64,000 nucleotides of DNA from Clostridia bacterium (GCA_018433015.1 JAHDSB010000027.1:46380-110379), one strand, 5' to 3'. Positions 27,968 through 36,699 are shown, counted from the stretch's first letter. Program-made: numbers and translations. The notes: a model not told the origin generated them from the letters alone.

Positions 27968-29035
27968 ATGGTACGTAGTGTTTTATTTACAAGTAAGAGA
28001 CCGCAAATTATTATGGTGTTACCTTCATGGCAACAGCGATGTGGAATTTCTGAATATACTAGGTCCTTAACAGATGCCTTAAAAAATGAGGGCTGTAATG
28101 TTGAAGTAGTTAAAGATATTTTATTACTATTGGGAAAAGGAGATATTACAGAAGAAAAAATAATACATTTACAGTATGAATACAGCTTGTTTACTTACCC
28201 AGTCATCCAGAAGATAATCACTCATTTGCATAGTAAAAACATTCCTTTTCTGATAACAGCTCATTCATATACCCAGGAACTAGCAGTATATAATAATTTA
28301 TTAAAAGAAATAAAGCCTTTAATAGTTCATAATACACACATAGCTAAAAAGATGAGTTGTGATGGTTGGAATTCTAAAAATTTAAGAGTGATACCAATGG
28401 GAGTAGATGATATCTATCAACATAGCAATAGTAGTAAAGGGAGGCAAGAGTTAAAAATAAGTGGAGATCCCTGTATCGGTTTTTTTGGCTTTATGCATTG
28501 GTATAAGGGCATCCTTCACTTGCTGGAAGCAGTAGATATAATTAAAAAGCATAAACCTCTGGTGAAATGTTTTATGTTTTCTAGTCTTTCTGAAAACGAA
28601 GGTTCGCAAAAGTTTTATAAATTATTTCAGACGAAATTAAAGAAGCTTAAAATAAATAATAATATTTATTTAAATACAAAGTATCTTCCCAAAGAAGAAC
28701 TAATCAAGCATTTATCATTAATGGATGTAAATATATTACCTTATGTAGATTCTAACTACTATGCCTCCTCGGCAGCTGTTAGAATGCTTTTAAGTGCAGG
28801 TAAACCAATAATAACGAGCAATAGCAATTTTTTTGCAGATTTACAAGAGGGAGTATATAAAATTAATGAAGTAAGTAGCCAATGTATAGCTGATGCTATA
28901 TGTTACGTGCATAATAATCTTGAACTACAGGAGAGTTTATTAAAAAAGGGAGAGAATTATGTGAAATCCCATCCTTGGAAAGTTTGTGCACAACAACATA
29001 TAGGAATATATGAAGAAGTTTTTAAACAAAAATAA
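27968..29035 (+). CDS. Glycosyltransferase family 4
   Basis: N-terminal WQQRCGISEYTRSL motif is shared with 30539..31594. GT-B architecture; no TM segment. Confidence 0.75.
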   Translation: MVRSVLFTSKRPQIIMVLPSWQQRCGISEYTRSLTDALKNEGCNVEVVKDILLLLGKGDITEEKIIHLQYEYSLFTYPVIQKIITHLHSKNIPFLITAHSYTQELAVYNNLLKEIKPLIVHNTHIAKKMSCDGWNSKNLRVIPMGVDDIYQHSNSSKGRQELKISGDPCIGFFGFMHWYKGILHLLEAVDIIKKHKPLVKCFMFSSLSENEGSQKFYKLFQTKLKKLKINNNIYLNTKYLPKEELIKHLSLMDVNILPYVDSNYYASSAAVRMLLSAGKPIITSNSNFFADLQEGVYKINEVSSQCIADAICYVHNNLELQESLLKKGENYVKSHPWKVCAQQHIGIYEEVFKQK

Positions 29036-29060
29036 AAGAAGAGAGTCTTAGGCTGGTTCA

Positions 29061-29099
29061 ACACCCCAAATGTTAGTTTTTTACTAATACTTGGGGTGT
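29061..29099. terminator. Bidirectional hairpin between convergent genes (GT4 on + and cupin on -)
   Basis: ACACCCCAA ... TTGGGGTGT outer stem with an inner GTTAGT/ACTAAT extension. Confidence 0.6.
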
Positions 29100-29140
29100 A
29101 CTTCAGTTCTAGGACCCTTCTTCATTTCTTTAGACCGAAT

Positions 29141-29530
29141 CTATACATTAAAAGTATCGGTTTCAGTAAGAGAATCGCATTTATCAAAAAAACCCAGGAT
29201 ATATACATCCTCTTTACTTATGTTGACAAAGCGGTGAGCGATATAAGGTGGTACAACAATTATTTGAGTATCGTTTTCTGAAAGATGTAATGTTTCGGAT
29301 TCTTGAGTTAATACATTAGTAAGAGTCAAAAGGCAATGACCTTTTATGATGAAAAAATATTCTGTTTTTTGTTCATGATAATGATTTGCTTTACTAACCC
29401 CCGGTTTTACAGTTGTTAGATATAATAGTCCCTGGGAACAGAGTTTTGCTTGATCTCCTCGGAAGATTTCAACATGCCAACCCCGCTGGTCTTCTTTTTT
29501 TACTAGGTCAATAATACTAACTGAGTCCAA
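29141..29530 (-). CDS. Cupin-fold sugar-nucleotide epimerase/isomerase-like protein
   Basis: KEDQRGWHVEIFR...KANHYHEQKTEYFFIIKGHCLL matches the cupin His motif seen in WxcM/CapF/RmlC-like proteins. The ORF is open to 29560, but AAGGAGG lies 8 nt before TTG 29530. Confidence 0.65.
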   Translation of the reverse strand: MDSVSIIDLVKKEDQRGWHVEIFRGDQAKLCSQGLLYLTTVKPGVSKANHYHEQKTEYFFIIKGHCLLTLTNVLTQESETLHLSENDTQIIVVPPYIAHRFVNISKEDVYILGFFDKCDSLTETDTFNV

Positions 29531-29762
29531 GGTTAATACCTCCTTTATCCAGTGCAACACATCTGGATATTTTTTGACTATAAGGAGAAAAAAGAAAAGA
29601 ATTTTGACAAAATTTGCTGACGTATTAGTTCATATTTTATATTATGAACTTGTCAAAAGGATTGTGCAGATAGGAATTTTTAGAGGTATAACAAAACAGG
29701 GAAGTTATGAATAAAATATAGGAGCTTGCTTAATAAAATTGATTTAGTCACGAGGTGATGAC

Positions 29763-30542
29763 ATGCCTAATAGTAGAAGAAATTCAATTACAGCAGTATA
29801 TATTGTTAAAAATGAAGAAGAATACTTACCCTTTTCTATCAAATCAATATATAATGCGGTGGATAAAATAATAGTATTAGATAATGGTTCAACGGATCAG
29901 ACCCCATTGATTGCAAAAGAGTTTGCTAAAGTACAGCTATTATTTGATGAAAGAGAAAATTTTAGCTATTTACGAAATAAAGCTTTGCAAAAGGTGGATA
30001 CAGAATGGTTCCTTTGGGTTGATGCTGATGAGGTATATTACAGGGATATTGAAGAAAAATTACCTGTACTGCTGCAAAACAAAAAAGTAGACTGTTATTA
30101 TTGCTGGTTTTACCATCTGATGCGGAGTTATTATTATATGCAAAATATTAGTGATAAAGATGGACGTTATAAGCGAATATCTATTGTTCGCAATTCACCT
30201 AACATCAGATTTAAAGGTGCTGTGCATGAAAGATTAACAGGCTGCGGAAAAAATCAAGCAGATTCTGATTTGTTTTTTGTCCATTATAGCTATACAAAAC
30301 CTCCGGAAGTAATTCTAGAACATTGGAAACAATACGATAGACTTGGTGGGACCAATACTGTTGATGAAAATACTGACCCACAAAAGTTGTTAGTAGATAG
30401 GCCACTGTATCCTTTTCGCAGAGAACATCCAGAAGTCATCAGAGATTATGTTCATAAAAAGGCAGAAATTTTAGCTAGCCAGGGCAATAAATTATATCAA
30501 AAGTTACCACCAGAAGTAGAAGCAGAAGGAATAAAGTTATGA
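29763..30542 (+). CDS. Glycosyltransferase family 2
   Basis: ITAVYIVKNEEEYLPFSIKSIYNAVDKIIVLDNGSTDQT and a DxD motif (VDADE). Confidence 0.8.
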   Translation: MPNSRRNSITAVYIVKNEEEYLPFSIKSIYNAVDKIIVLDNGSTDQTPLIAKEFAKVQLLFDERENFSYLRNKALQKVDTEWFLWVDADEVYYRDIEEKLPVLLQNKKVDCYYCWFYHLMRSYYYMQNISDKDGRYKRISIVRNSPNIRFKGAVHERLTGCGKNQADSDLFFVHYSYTKPPEVILEHWKQYDRLGGTNTVDENTDPQKLLVDRPLYPFRREHPEVIRDYVHKKAEILASQGNKLYQKLPPEVEAEGIKL

Positions 30543-31594
30543 GGATAGCTTTTATTTCTAGTTGGCGGGCAAAATGTGGAATTGCCGAACATACCAGGTT
30601 TTTAGCAGAAACATTGCAACAACTGGGGCATGAGGTAATAATCTTATGTAATTACCCCCTAGATGATTTGCCGGATAGGGAATCATCTATCGAATATTAT
30701 CCCTTTTTTTATACAAGTTGGCATAAAGAAAGGGGTGTCGATATATCTGGAGCTTTAGAAATATTACAGAAAAAAAAGATTGATATTATTCACTGGCAAT
30801 ATCAAAACTTTCTTTATCCTGATCCTTTTTTAAAACAGATATTGAAAGTAGCACTCCGGATCCCACTAATAGTAACTTTTCATGATCCCCTTCTTCCTCG
30901 TGAATTTCCTCGGGATATATGTGAGGGGGCAGTCTTTCACTGTGAAGATACCTTAAATTTAATTGGGTGGAATAGACCATATTTAATAGCGCCTATCGGT
31001 ATACATTTATGGGAGGACCGGCCTAAAAAATTACTGCGAAATAAACTGAAAATATCTTCCCGCCATGTTCTTTGCTCTTTGGGTTTAGGTCGAACTGACT
31101 ACCAGAAAGTGATGCAAGCGTTAGCAAATTTAAAGGATAAATATCCCGATATTCTCTATATTGCCATAGGGCCACAACCAAGTATTGAGAATATAAAAAA
31201 ATTTGCTGAAGAGAAGGGGCTTTTGCAAAACCTCATTATCGATAATTCGTTTCCTGACATAGAAAAAATTAAAGATTATCTCCAAGCAGCTGATATGATA
31301 GTTTTTTATTATCCCAACTTTGCAGTGGAGGGGGTTTGTTCTGCTGCTGTGAGATTGGGAATTGCAGCTCAACGACCGGTAATAATTACAGATGTAAACT
31401 TGATGAAGGATCTTCCTCAAAAGCTAAAAATTACTTACGATAAAAGAGATGAATTAAAACATCGTATTGAAGAATTATTTAATAATAAAAATTTGTATCG
31501 CCAGGTTTTAACTATACAAAAGGATCTGATAAATCACTATAACTGGACTAATGTTGCTGAAAAACATGTAGATTTTTATAGAAAGTTTATCTAG
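30539..31594 (+). CDS. Glycosyltransferase family 4
   Basis: MRIAFISSWRAKCGIAEHTRFL is the same N-terminal motif as 27968..29035. The start overlaps the previous stop by 4 nt (ATGA). Confidence 0.78.
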   Translation: MRIAFISSWRAKCGIAEHTRFLAETLQQLGHEVIILCNYPLDDLPDRESSIEYYPFFYTSWHKERGVDISGALEILQKKKIDIIHWQYQNFLYPDPFLKQILKVALRIPLIVTFHDPLLPREFPRDICEGAVFHCEDTLNLIGWNRPYLIAPIGIHLWEDRPKKLLRNKLKISSRHVLCSLGLGRTDYQKVMQALANLKDKYPDILYIAIGPQPSIENIKKFAEEKGLLQNLIIDNSFPDIEKIKDYLQAADMIVFYYPNFAVEGVCSAAVRLGIAAQRPVIITDVNLMKDLPQKLKITYDKRDELKHRIEELFNNKNLYRQVLTIQKDLINHYNWTNVAEKHVDFYRKFI

Positions 31595-31665
31595 CTTAAA
31601 CCCTAAAGCCTTAAAAGAGAAAGAGTCCCCAAGTTATCTCAAAATACTTCAGGGACTCCTTCTTT

Positions 31666-32370
31666 TTATATACTTTTTAATGAACCCCACTTTTTTGCAT
31701 AGTATGCAGCATTATGGCGGCTGGCTTTGCTTTGTTCTATATATTTGCGTGTACCCATGGCTTCATGCCAAACGACGCTAGCTTTAGTTATCATTACTTG
31801 ATAACCTTTAGCAGAAATACGGTTATTATAATCCCAATCTTCATATCCACCACACCGCTTATAATATTTATCAAAAAAACCAACTTCTTCTATCACATGA
31901 CGTGGCATTATCCAAGGGCAGCCATTGCCTGGAAAGAGAATATTTTGGTTATTTCTCATAAAAGCTTCTGCATTTTTAAAATCATCTTGTTGGGAGTTAT
32001 CCCACCAATTATAAGGGCTAAGCTTACCTATACTCTTATTATTTTGTAAAACATTAAGCAAAGCTTCTAGCCATCCTGAGAAAAACAGCATATCATTATG
32101 GATCCAGCCAATATAAGAAATAACAGGTTTATTCAAATAGTATTTTAATCCTTGATTTAAGGCAATAGCTAATGAAGTATCTTTTTTGTTAGTAATAATT
32201 GGTATATGCATTGCATGTAAATAATTAAGGGTGCCATCCGTAGAGTTATTATCAACTACTAATAATTCAAAAGGATGATGCGTTGATCGATAGAGCCTTT
32301 CTAAGGCTTGTTTAGTTTTATCAAGTTGATTAAAGGTTGTTAAAATCAAACCAACATTTACCTTTTGCAT
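31666..32370 (-). CDS. Glycosyltransferase family 2
   Basis: VGLILTTFNQLDKTKQALERL...LLVVDNNSTDGT. A perfect sigma-K-type promoter match lies upstream on the - strand. Confidence 0.8.
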   Translation of the reverse strand: MQKVNVGLILTTFNQLDKTKQALERLYRSTHHPFELLVVDNNSTDGTLNYLHAMHIPIITNKKDTSLAIALNQGLKYYLNKPVISYIGWIHNDMLFFSGWLEALLNVLQNNKSIGKLSPYNWWDNSQQDDFKNAEAFMRNNQNILFPGNGCPWIMPRHVIEEVGFFDKYYKRCGGYEDWDYNNRISAKGYQVMITKASVVWHEAMGTRKYIEQSKASRHNAAYYAKKWGSLKSI

Positions 32371-32400
32371 TCAATTACCACCTTTTTCTCATGTCACTAT

Positions 32401-32428
32401 TAATATATGGGATATAATATAACTTTGT
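32401..32428 (-). promoter_or_regulatory. Sigma-K-type promoter candidate: AC, 17 nt, CATATATTA (read on the - strand)
   Basis: The - strand reads aACaaagttatattatatccCATAtatTA. This is a full match to AC-N17-CATAnnnTA, ~30 nt upstream of the GT2 gene start at 32370. Confidence 0.45.
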
Positions 32429-32537
32429 TATTGTGTTGTTGTAGTGTGGAATATTTATTCCTCAATTTACCGGGTGACTTTCACTTTGACCCATGTTATC
32501 CTGTTAAGTACGGTTCCAAAATAACAATATTTTAGAA

Positions 32538-33551
32538 ATGAGGGATAAAATGGATTTAAAGAAAGTCAGAATTATGTTAGGATTCGCATTACTTTTCCTT
32601 TTCTCTTTTTCACTTTTAGCCCCCGTTGCAAATGCCTCACTACAGCCTTCTGATCAGCAGACAGTCATGGCTAAACCTGGTGATAATAATGCGACTGTAA
32701 AAGAAATAAAGTCTATGCTTAAAGAGCAGGGCTATTTATATTTTTATGGAAATACTAATGGGTACTATTCTAGAGCAACCAAGATTGCTGTATATTTATT
32801 TCAAAGAGCCAATAGGTTACCTGCTACCGGAATAGTTGACTCTTTGACTTATCAAGTACTGAAGGATAAATGTACTTCCGCGGAACCTCAGCCAGAGCCA
32901 CAACCGACTCCTGATCCAGAACCACAACCTACACCAGAGCCAACACCTGAGCCTCAGCCAGAACCCCAACCTACACCAGAACCAACACCTGAGCCTCAGC
33001 CGGAACCCCAGCCTACACCAGAACCAACACCTGAGCCTCAGCCGGAACCCCAGCCTACACCAGAACCAACACCTGAGCCTCAGCCGGAACCCCAACCTAT
33101 TCCTGAACCAACACCTGAGCCTCAACCAGAACCTCAACCGGCTCCTGATGTGGCAGGATTATCTGCAGATGAACAGCAAATGCTAAATCTCATTAATGAA
33201 GAAAGGGCAAAGGCTGGTGTTGCACCCTTACAGGCAGATATGCGGCTGGTGCAAAGTGCTCGTAAAAAGAGTCAGGATATGATCGACAATAATTATTTCA
33301 GCCATACTTCACCTACTTTAGGTAGTTTTGCTGAGCTAATTCGCAGTACTACCGGAGGAGATTACGGATATATTGGAGAAAACTTAGCAGGTGCACCGTC
33401 TGTTGAAATAGCTCATAAAAACTTAATGAACAGTGAGGGACATCGTAAGAATATTCTTAATCCAAATTACACTCATATTGGGATAGGAGTAATTGATGGT
33501 GGACCGTACGGTAAAATGTTTACTCAACATTTTGGCGGCTTAATTAAATAA
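32538..33551 (+). CDS. Secreted protein: PG_binding_1 domain, tandem [14 protein letters not shown] repeats, CAP/SCP (YkwD-family) domain
   Basis: Signal peptide. PG-binding motif [15 protein letters not shown]...[21 protein letters not shown]. About 4.9 copies of a 14-aa Pro-rich repeat. CAP domain [21 protein letters not shown]...GHRKNIL...HIGIGV. Confidence 0.85.
   Translation: MRDKMDLKKVRIMLGFALLFLFSFSLLAPVANASLQPSDQQTVMAKPGDNNATVKEIKSMLKEQGYLYFYGNTNGYYSRATKIAVYLFQRANRLPATGIVDSLTYQVLKDKCTSAEPQPEPQPTPDPEPQPTPEPTPEPQPEPQPTPEPTPEPQPEPQPTPEPTPEPQPEPQPTPEPTPEPQPEPQPIPEPTPEPQPEPQPAPDVAGLSADEQQMLNLINEERAKAGVAPLQADMRLVQSARKKSQDMIDNNYFSHTSPTLGSFAELIRSTTGGDYGYIGENLAGAPSVEIAHKNLMNSEGHRKNILNPNYTHIGIGVIDGGPYGKMFTQHFGGLIK
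32934..33140 (+). repeat. In-frame 42-nt tandem repeat (~4.9 copies) encoding [14 protein letters not shown]
   Basis: Units start at 32934, 32976, 33018, 33060 and 33102, with only synonymous or near-synonymous differences. It lies inside CDS 32538..33551. Confidence 0.9.
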
Positions 33552-33574
33552 AGTGGTTTTAATTTGGCATATTA

Positions 33575-33617
33575 AAGGTTGGAGGATACTATGTATTCTC
33601 CAACCTTCTATATTTTA
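33575..33617 (+). terminator. Intrinsic terminator after CAP-domain gene 32538..33551
   Basis: AAGGTTGGAG-13 nt-CTCCAACCTT followed by CTATATTTT. Confidence 0.65.
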
Positions 33618-33716
33618 GGTAGTAATGATTGAATTTATATTGTAAAGAAAAGGACAAAAGAGAAGTATTAGCGAATAATTAATAATGTTTGTTAGAAAAC
33701 ACAGAACAAAAGGGAG

Positions 33717-34130
33717 TTGATATCCTTGATTATTGCAGTTGTTGATGGATTAGGAGGAGGAATAGGAGCTCAATTAATACAAAAATTAAGTAAAGAAATA
33801 ACGGATAAAAACATACAAATATGGGCCTTGGGTACTAATGCTAATGCTACTTCCGTGATGGTTAAAGCAGGAGCTAATAGAGGAGCTACAGGGGAAAATG
33901 CTTTAAAAGTTTGCATAGCAGAAGTAGATGTGGTTGTAGGTCCTTTTGGAATAATTATGCCCAATGCAATGATGGGTGAAATAACTCCTGCTATTGCAGA
34001 ATGCATATCCACAAGCAAATGTCGTAAAGTGTTGCTTCCTGTAAATCAATTACATGTAGAGTTAGTTGGTTTTGAAAATAAACCTCTAAACGATGTAATT
34101 AAAGAAGCGATTTTACTTTTGCTTAAATAA
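33717..34130 (+). CDS. DUF3842-like protein
   Basis: IIAVVDGLGGGIGAQLIQKL N-terminus and ~135 aa length match my recollection of DUF3842. Function unknown. Confidence 0.55.
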   Translation: MISLIIAVVDGLGGGIGAQLIQKLSKEITDKNIQIWALGTNANATSVMVKAGANRGATGENALKVCIAEVDVVVGPFGIIMPNAMMGEITPAIAECISTSKCRKVLLPVNQLHVELVGFENKPLNDVIKEAILLLLK

Positions 34131-34136
34131 ATAAGA

Positions 34137-34164
34137 ACCCCTCCTTGTACCTCTTCATATTATA
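34137..34164 (+). promoter_or_regulatory. Sigma-K-type promoter candidate: AC, 17 nt, CATATTATA
   Basis: AC at 34137-34138, a 17-nt spacer, and CATAttaTA at 34156-34164. This is a full match, ~48 nt upstream of the Cys-rich gene start. Confidence 0.45.
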
Positions 34165-34211
34165 GGGTAGATAAAAATAACTATGTTATTTTATGAAAAG
34201 GAGGGATTATA

Positions 34212-34991
34212 TTGCTAGATATGGAGTTAGCTGCGCAAGTCAAAGAATTATGGAAAAACCCTGAAATACAAGCAATGGCTCGTCGTTGTTTCCACAAAAA
34301 ATTTAAATGTACGCCAGTGATTATGGAAAAAATTTGTGCTTCCGGTACAAGATGTTTCCATGATGTTCATTATCTCTTTGAATCTGAAAGCGGGCGTCCT
34401 ATACCTGCCGATGCATGTCCCATTAATTGTGTAGTAAGCAACTTTGCTATATGTGGTGTTGGAAATGAGCCACTCCGAGATGCCCAGCAGCCTCCCAGAA
34501 GAATAGGGGATTGTGTAATCTTTACAGTAGTATACAAAGTACGTGTTTGGTTTGAGTTTTTTGATACTTGTTCAAACAGTGTTGAAGTTGGGATGGCCAG
34601 CAAAGTCTTTGAACGGGAACTGGCTGTACCCGTAGAAGATATTGACGGGGGATGTATACTTTGTCAGCCAGAAGCTGTGGATCTCTGCATAAGAAGAATT
34701 AACTTAGATTGCATCAGGGCTGTAGTTGTTCCTCGTCCCGAGGGATTCCCGTGTACTTACCCACCATATGCTATAGAGGTTACTGTGGAGAAAGAATTTT
34801 TTGCTCTAGAATCAGGACGTTCAATTGTATGTATTCCTACTTGTGTAGAAGAATGTATTGATCTACCGTTCCCAATATTCCCAGGAGAATGTGTTCCCTT
34901 TGAGCGTGAGCCAAAATGCGATGAGTATTGTGAGGAAACCGACTTAGATCCAGGACATTGCGCAGAATGTCCACCCCTTGATGATGAATAA
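34212..34991 (+). CDS. Cysteine-rich protein (22 Cys in 259 aa), putative spore coat/exosporium structural protein
   Basis: RBS AAAGGAGGG. A perfect sigma-K-type promoter lies upstream (AC-17 nt-CATATTATA at 34137-34164) and an intrinsic terminator downstream. No signal peptide; acidic Cys-rich C-terminus. Confidence 0.6.
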   Translation: MLDMELAAQVKELWKNPEIQAMARRCFHKKFKCTPVIMEKICASGTRCFHDVHYLFESESGRPIPADACPINCVVSNFAICGVGNEPLRDAQQPPRRIGDCVIFTVVYKVRVWFEFFDTCSNSVEVGMASKVFERELAVPVEDIDGGCILCQPEAVDLCIRRINLDCIRAVVVPRPEGFPCTYPPYAIEVTVEKEFFALESGRSIVCIPTCVEECIDLPFPIFPGECVPFEREPKCDEYCEETDLDPGHCAECPPLDDE

Positions 34992-35026
34992 TCACAACAG
35001 AATATAATGTAAATACTTTTAAATTA

Positions 35027-35052
35027 CGCCACTTTATAGTGGTGTTTTTTTT
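35027..35052 (+). terminator. Intrinsic terminator after Cys-rich gene 34212..34991
   Basis: CGCCACT-ttat-AGTGGTG followed by T8. Confidence 0.75.
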
Positions 35053-35166
35053 ATCTACCCTCCCCATTGCTATATTGCTTTTTGTGACTTAAAAAAGGTA
35101 AAATGAGTACAATCGCAAATATAGTAATAAAGATATAGTTTAAATTTAGGTAGGAGGGAGATAGAC

Positions 35167-35988
35167 TTGAATAAGTCTTTTTTGGAATACAACAAAAATG
35201 GTATGGTATTTTATACAATACCTTCTTTTGATAGGACAGGCTTGGTTACTCATGCTTTTAGTGGTAGGAAAGGAGGTGTCAGTGAAGATTCTTTCGCTAG
35301 TTTAAATTTAAGTATTTTAACAAAAGAGCCTTTAGAACGAGTATGGGAAAACAGAAATAAATTTTTAAATTTGTTTAATATCAAAACTGAGAATTTGGTG
35401 GGGTCATATCAAGTTCATAAGGATAGAATATATAAAGTAACAAAAGAAGATAGAGGGAGGGGAGCCTTTGATCCTGCTACAGTTATACCTGCTACAGATG
35501 CATTAATGACTAATGAAAAAGAGGTTCCCTTGATTGCCTTCTTTGCTGATTGTGTACCCGTATTTTTTTTAGACCCGATAAATAAAGCTGTAGCCTTAGC
35601 TCATGCAGGATGGAAAGGAACTGTTGCAAAAATAGCTGCTAAGACTGCCGGAGCTATGAAAGATGCTTATGGGACAGAAAGTAAGGATCTACTTGTGGCT
35701 ATTGGTCCCAGTATTGGACCCTGTCATTATCAGGTTGACGAACCTGTAATCGAAAAAGTAAAGGAAGCATTTCCTTTAGAATGGGAGAGTTTATTAACTA
35801 ATTGCACTGATGATGGACATGGACAATTAAATCTATGGGAGGCAAATCGCCTGCAATTGTTAGAAGTCGGAATTCCTAATGATAACATCACTATAGCAGG
35901 TCTTTGTACTTATTGTCATCAAGATAAGTTATTTTCCCATCGTGCCAGCATGGCTGGCAGACAAGCAGCTATAATAATGTTAAAGTAG
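35167..35988 (+). CDS. pgeF: YfiH/PgeF (YlmD) family purine nucleoside phosphorylase / peptidoglycan editing factor
   Basis: LIAFFADCVPVFF...ALAHAGWKGT...IGPCHYQV...CTYC...FSHR are the conserved His/Cys motifs of the DUF152/YlmD family. Confidence 0.85.
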   Translation: MNKSFLEYNKNGMVFYTIPSFDRTGLVTHAFSGRKGGVSEDSFASLNLSILTKEPLERVWENRNKFLNLFNIKTENLVGSYQVHKDRIYKVTKEDRGRGAFDPATVIPATDALMTNEKEVPLIAFFADCVPVFFLDPINKAVALAHAGWKGTVAKIAAKTAGAMKDAYGTESKDLLVAIGPSIGPCHYQVDEPVIEKVKEAFPLEWESLLTNCTDDGHGQLNLWEANRLQLLEVGIPNDNITIAGLCTYCHQDKLFSHRASMAGRQAAIIMLK

Positions 35989-35998
35989 GGGTGAATTT

Positions 35999-36697
35999 AT
36001 GACGAAGCTATTAGTAGTAGATGATGAGTATTCTATTCGAGAACTTGTTAAGTTTAATCTAGAAAAAGCAGGGTATTCCGTAGAATGTTTAGATGATGGA
36101 TTAAAGGCTATACAACATATAATGGAAAACCCCCCGGATTTATTAATACTTGATCTAATGCTACCGGGTATGGATGGGTTAGAAGTGTGTAATTATTTGC
36201 GCCGTCAGGAAGCTACACGTTTATTACCAATTATTATGCTTACGGCAAAAGGAGAAGAAATAGATAGAGTTGTAGGTTTAGAATTAGGTGCTGACGATTA
36301 TATGACTAAGCCCTTTAGCCCAAGGGAATTAGTAGCTAGAGTAAAATCTTTACTAAGAAGGAGTCAGGTTGCTCCCCAGTTAAATGAACCTGCTGGAAAT
36401 GCTATTGTACAGGGTGACATGAAAATATATCCGGATAGATATGAGGCCTTTTTAAAGGATGAATTATTGGAGCTGACTCCTAAGGAATTTCAGTTATTAG
36501 TACAATTGGCCTCTAATCCTGGAAAAGTATATACCCGAGAATTTTTACTGGAAAATATCTGGGGCTATGAATTTGCAGGAGATACCAGAACTGTTGATGT
36601 TCATATACGACATTTAAGGAAAAAATTAGAAATAGATCCGAGCCAGCCTGAGTTAATAGAAACTATCAGAGGTATTGGCTATCGGTTTAAAGGATAG
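35999..36697 (+). CDS. phoP: OmpR-family response regulator (PhoP-like)
   Basis: Receiver domain (LLVVDDE...DLLILDLMLPGMDG) plus winged-helix C-terminus (IETIRGIGYRF). It is followed by a PhoR-like kinase, pstB and phoU. Confidence 0.8.
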   Translation: MTKLLVVDDEYSIRELVKFNLEKAGYSVECLDDGLKAIQHIMENPPDLLILDLMLPGMDGLEVCNYLRRQEATRLLPIIMLTAKGEEIDRVVGLELGADDYMTKPFSPRELVARVKSLLRRSQVAPQLNEPAGNAIVQGDMKIYPDRYEAFLKDELLELTPKEFQLLVQLASNPGKVYTREFLLENIWGYEFAGDTRTVDVHIRHLRKKLEIDPSQPELIETIRGIGYRFKG

Positions 36698-36699
36698 TT

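Noticed and set aside
31714-32049. + strand 111-aa ORF inside the - strand GT2 gene
   Set aside because: The - strand translation carries clear GT2 motifs. The + strand ORF has none and no RBS.
32817-33137. - strand ORF encoding RFWLRLRCW repeats
   Set aside because: It is an artefact of reading the 42-nt Pro-codon tandem repeat on the opposite strand. The + strand protein has a signal peptide and two recognisable domains.
13700-35166. Possibility that the accessory stretch is a prophage or integrative element
   Set aside because: I could recognise no integrase, transposase, terminase, capsid or tail genes, no tRNA attachment site, and no flanking direct repeats. The only phage-like gene is the lone holin-like ORF.
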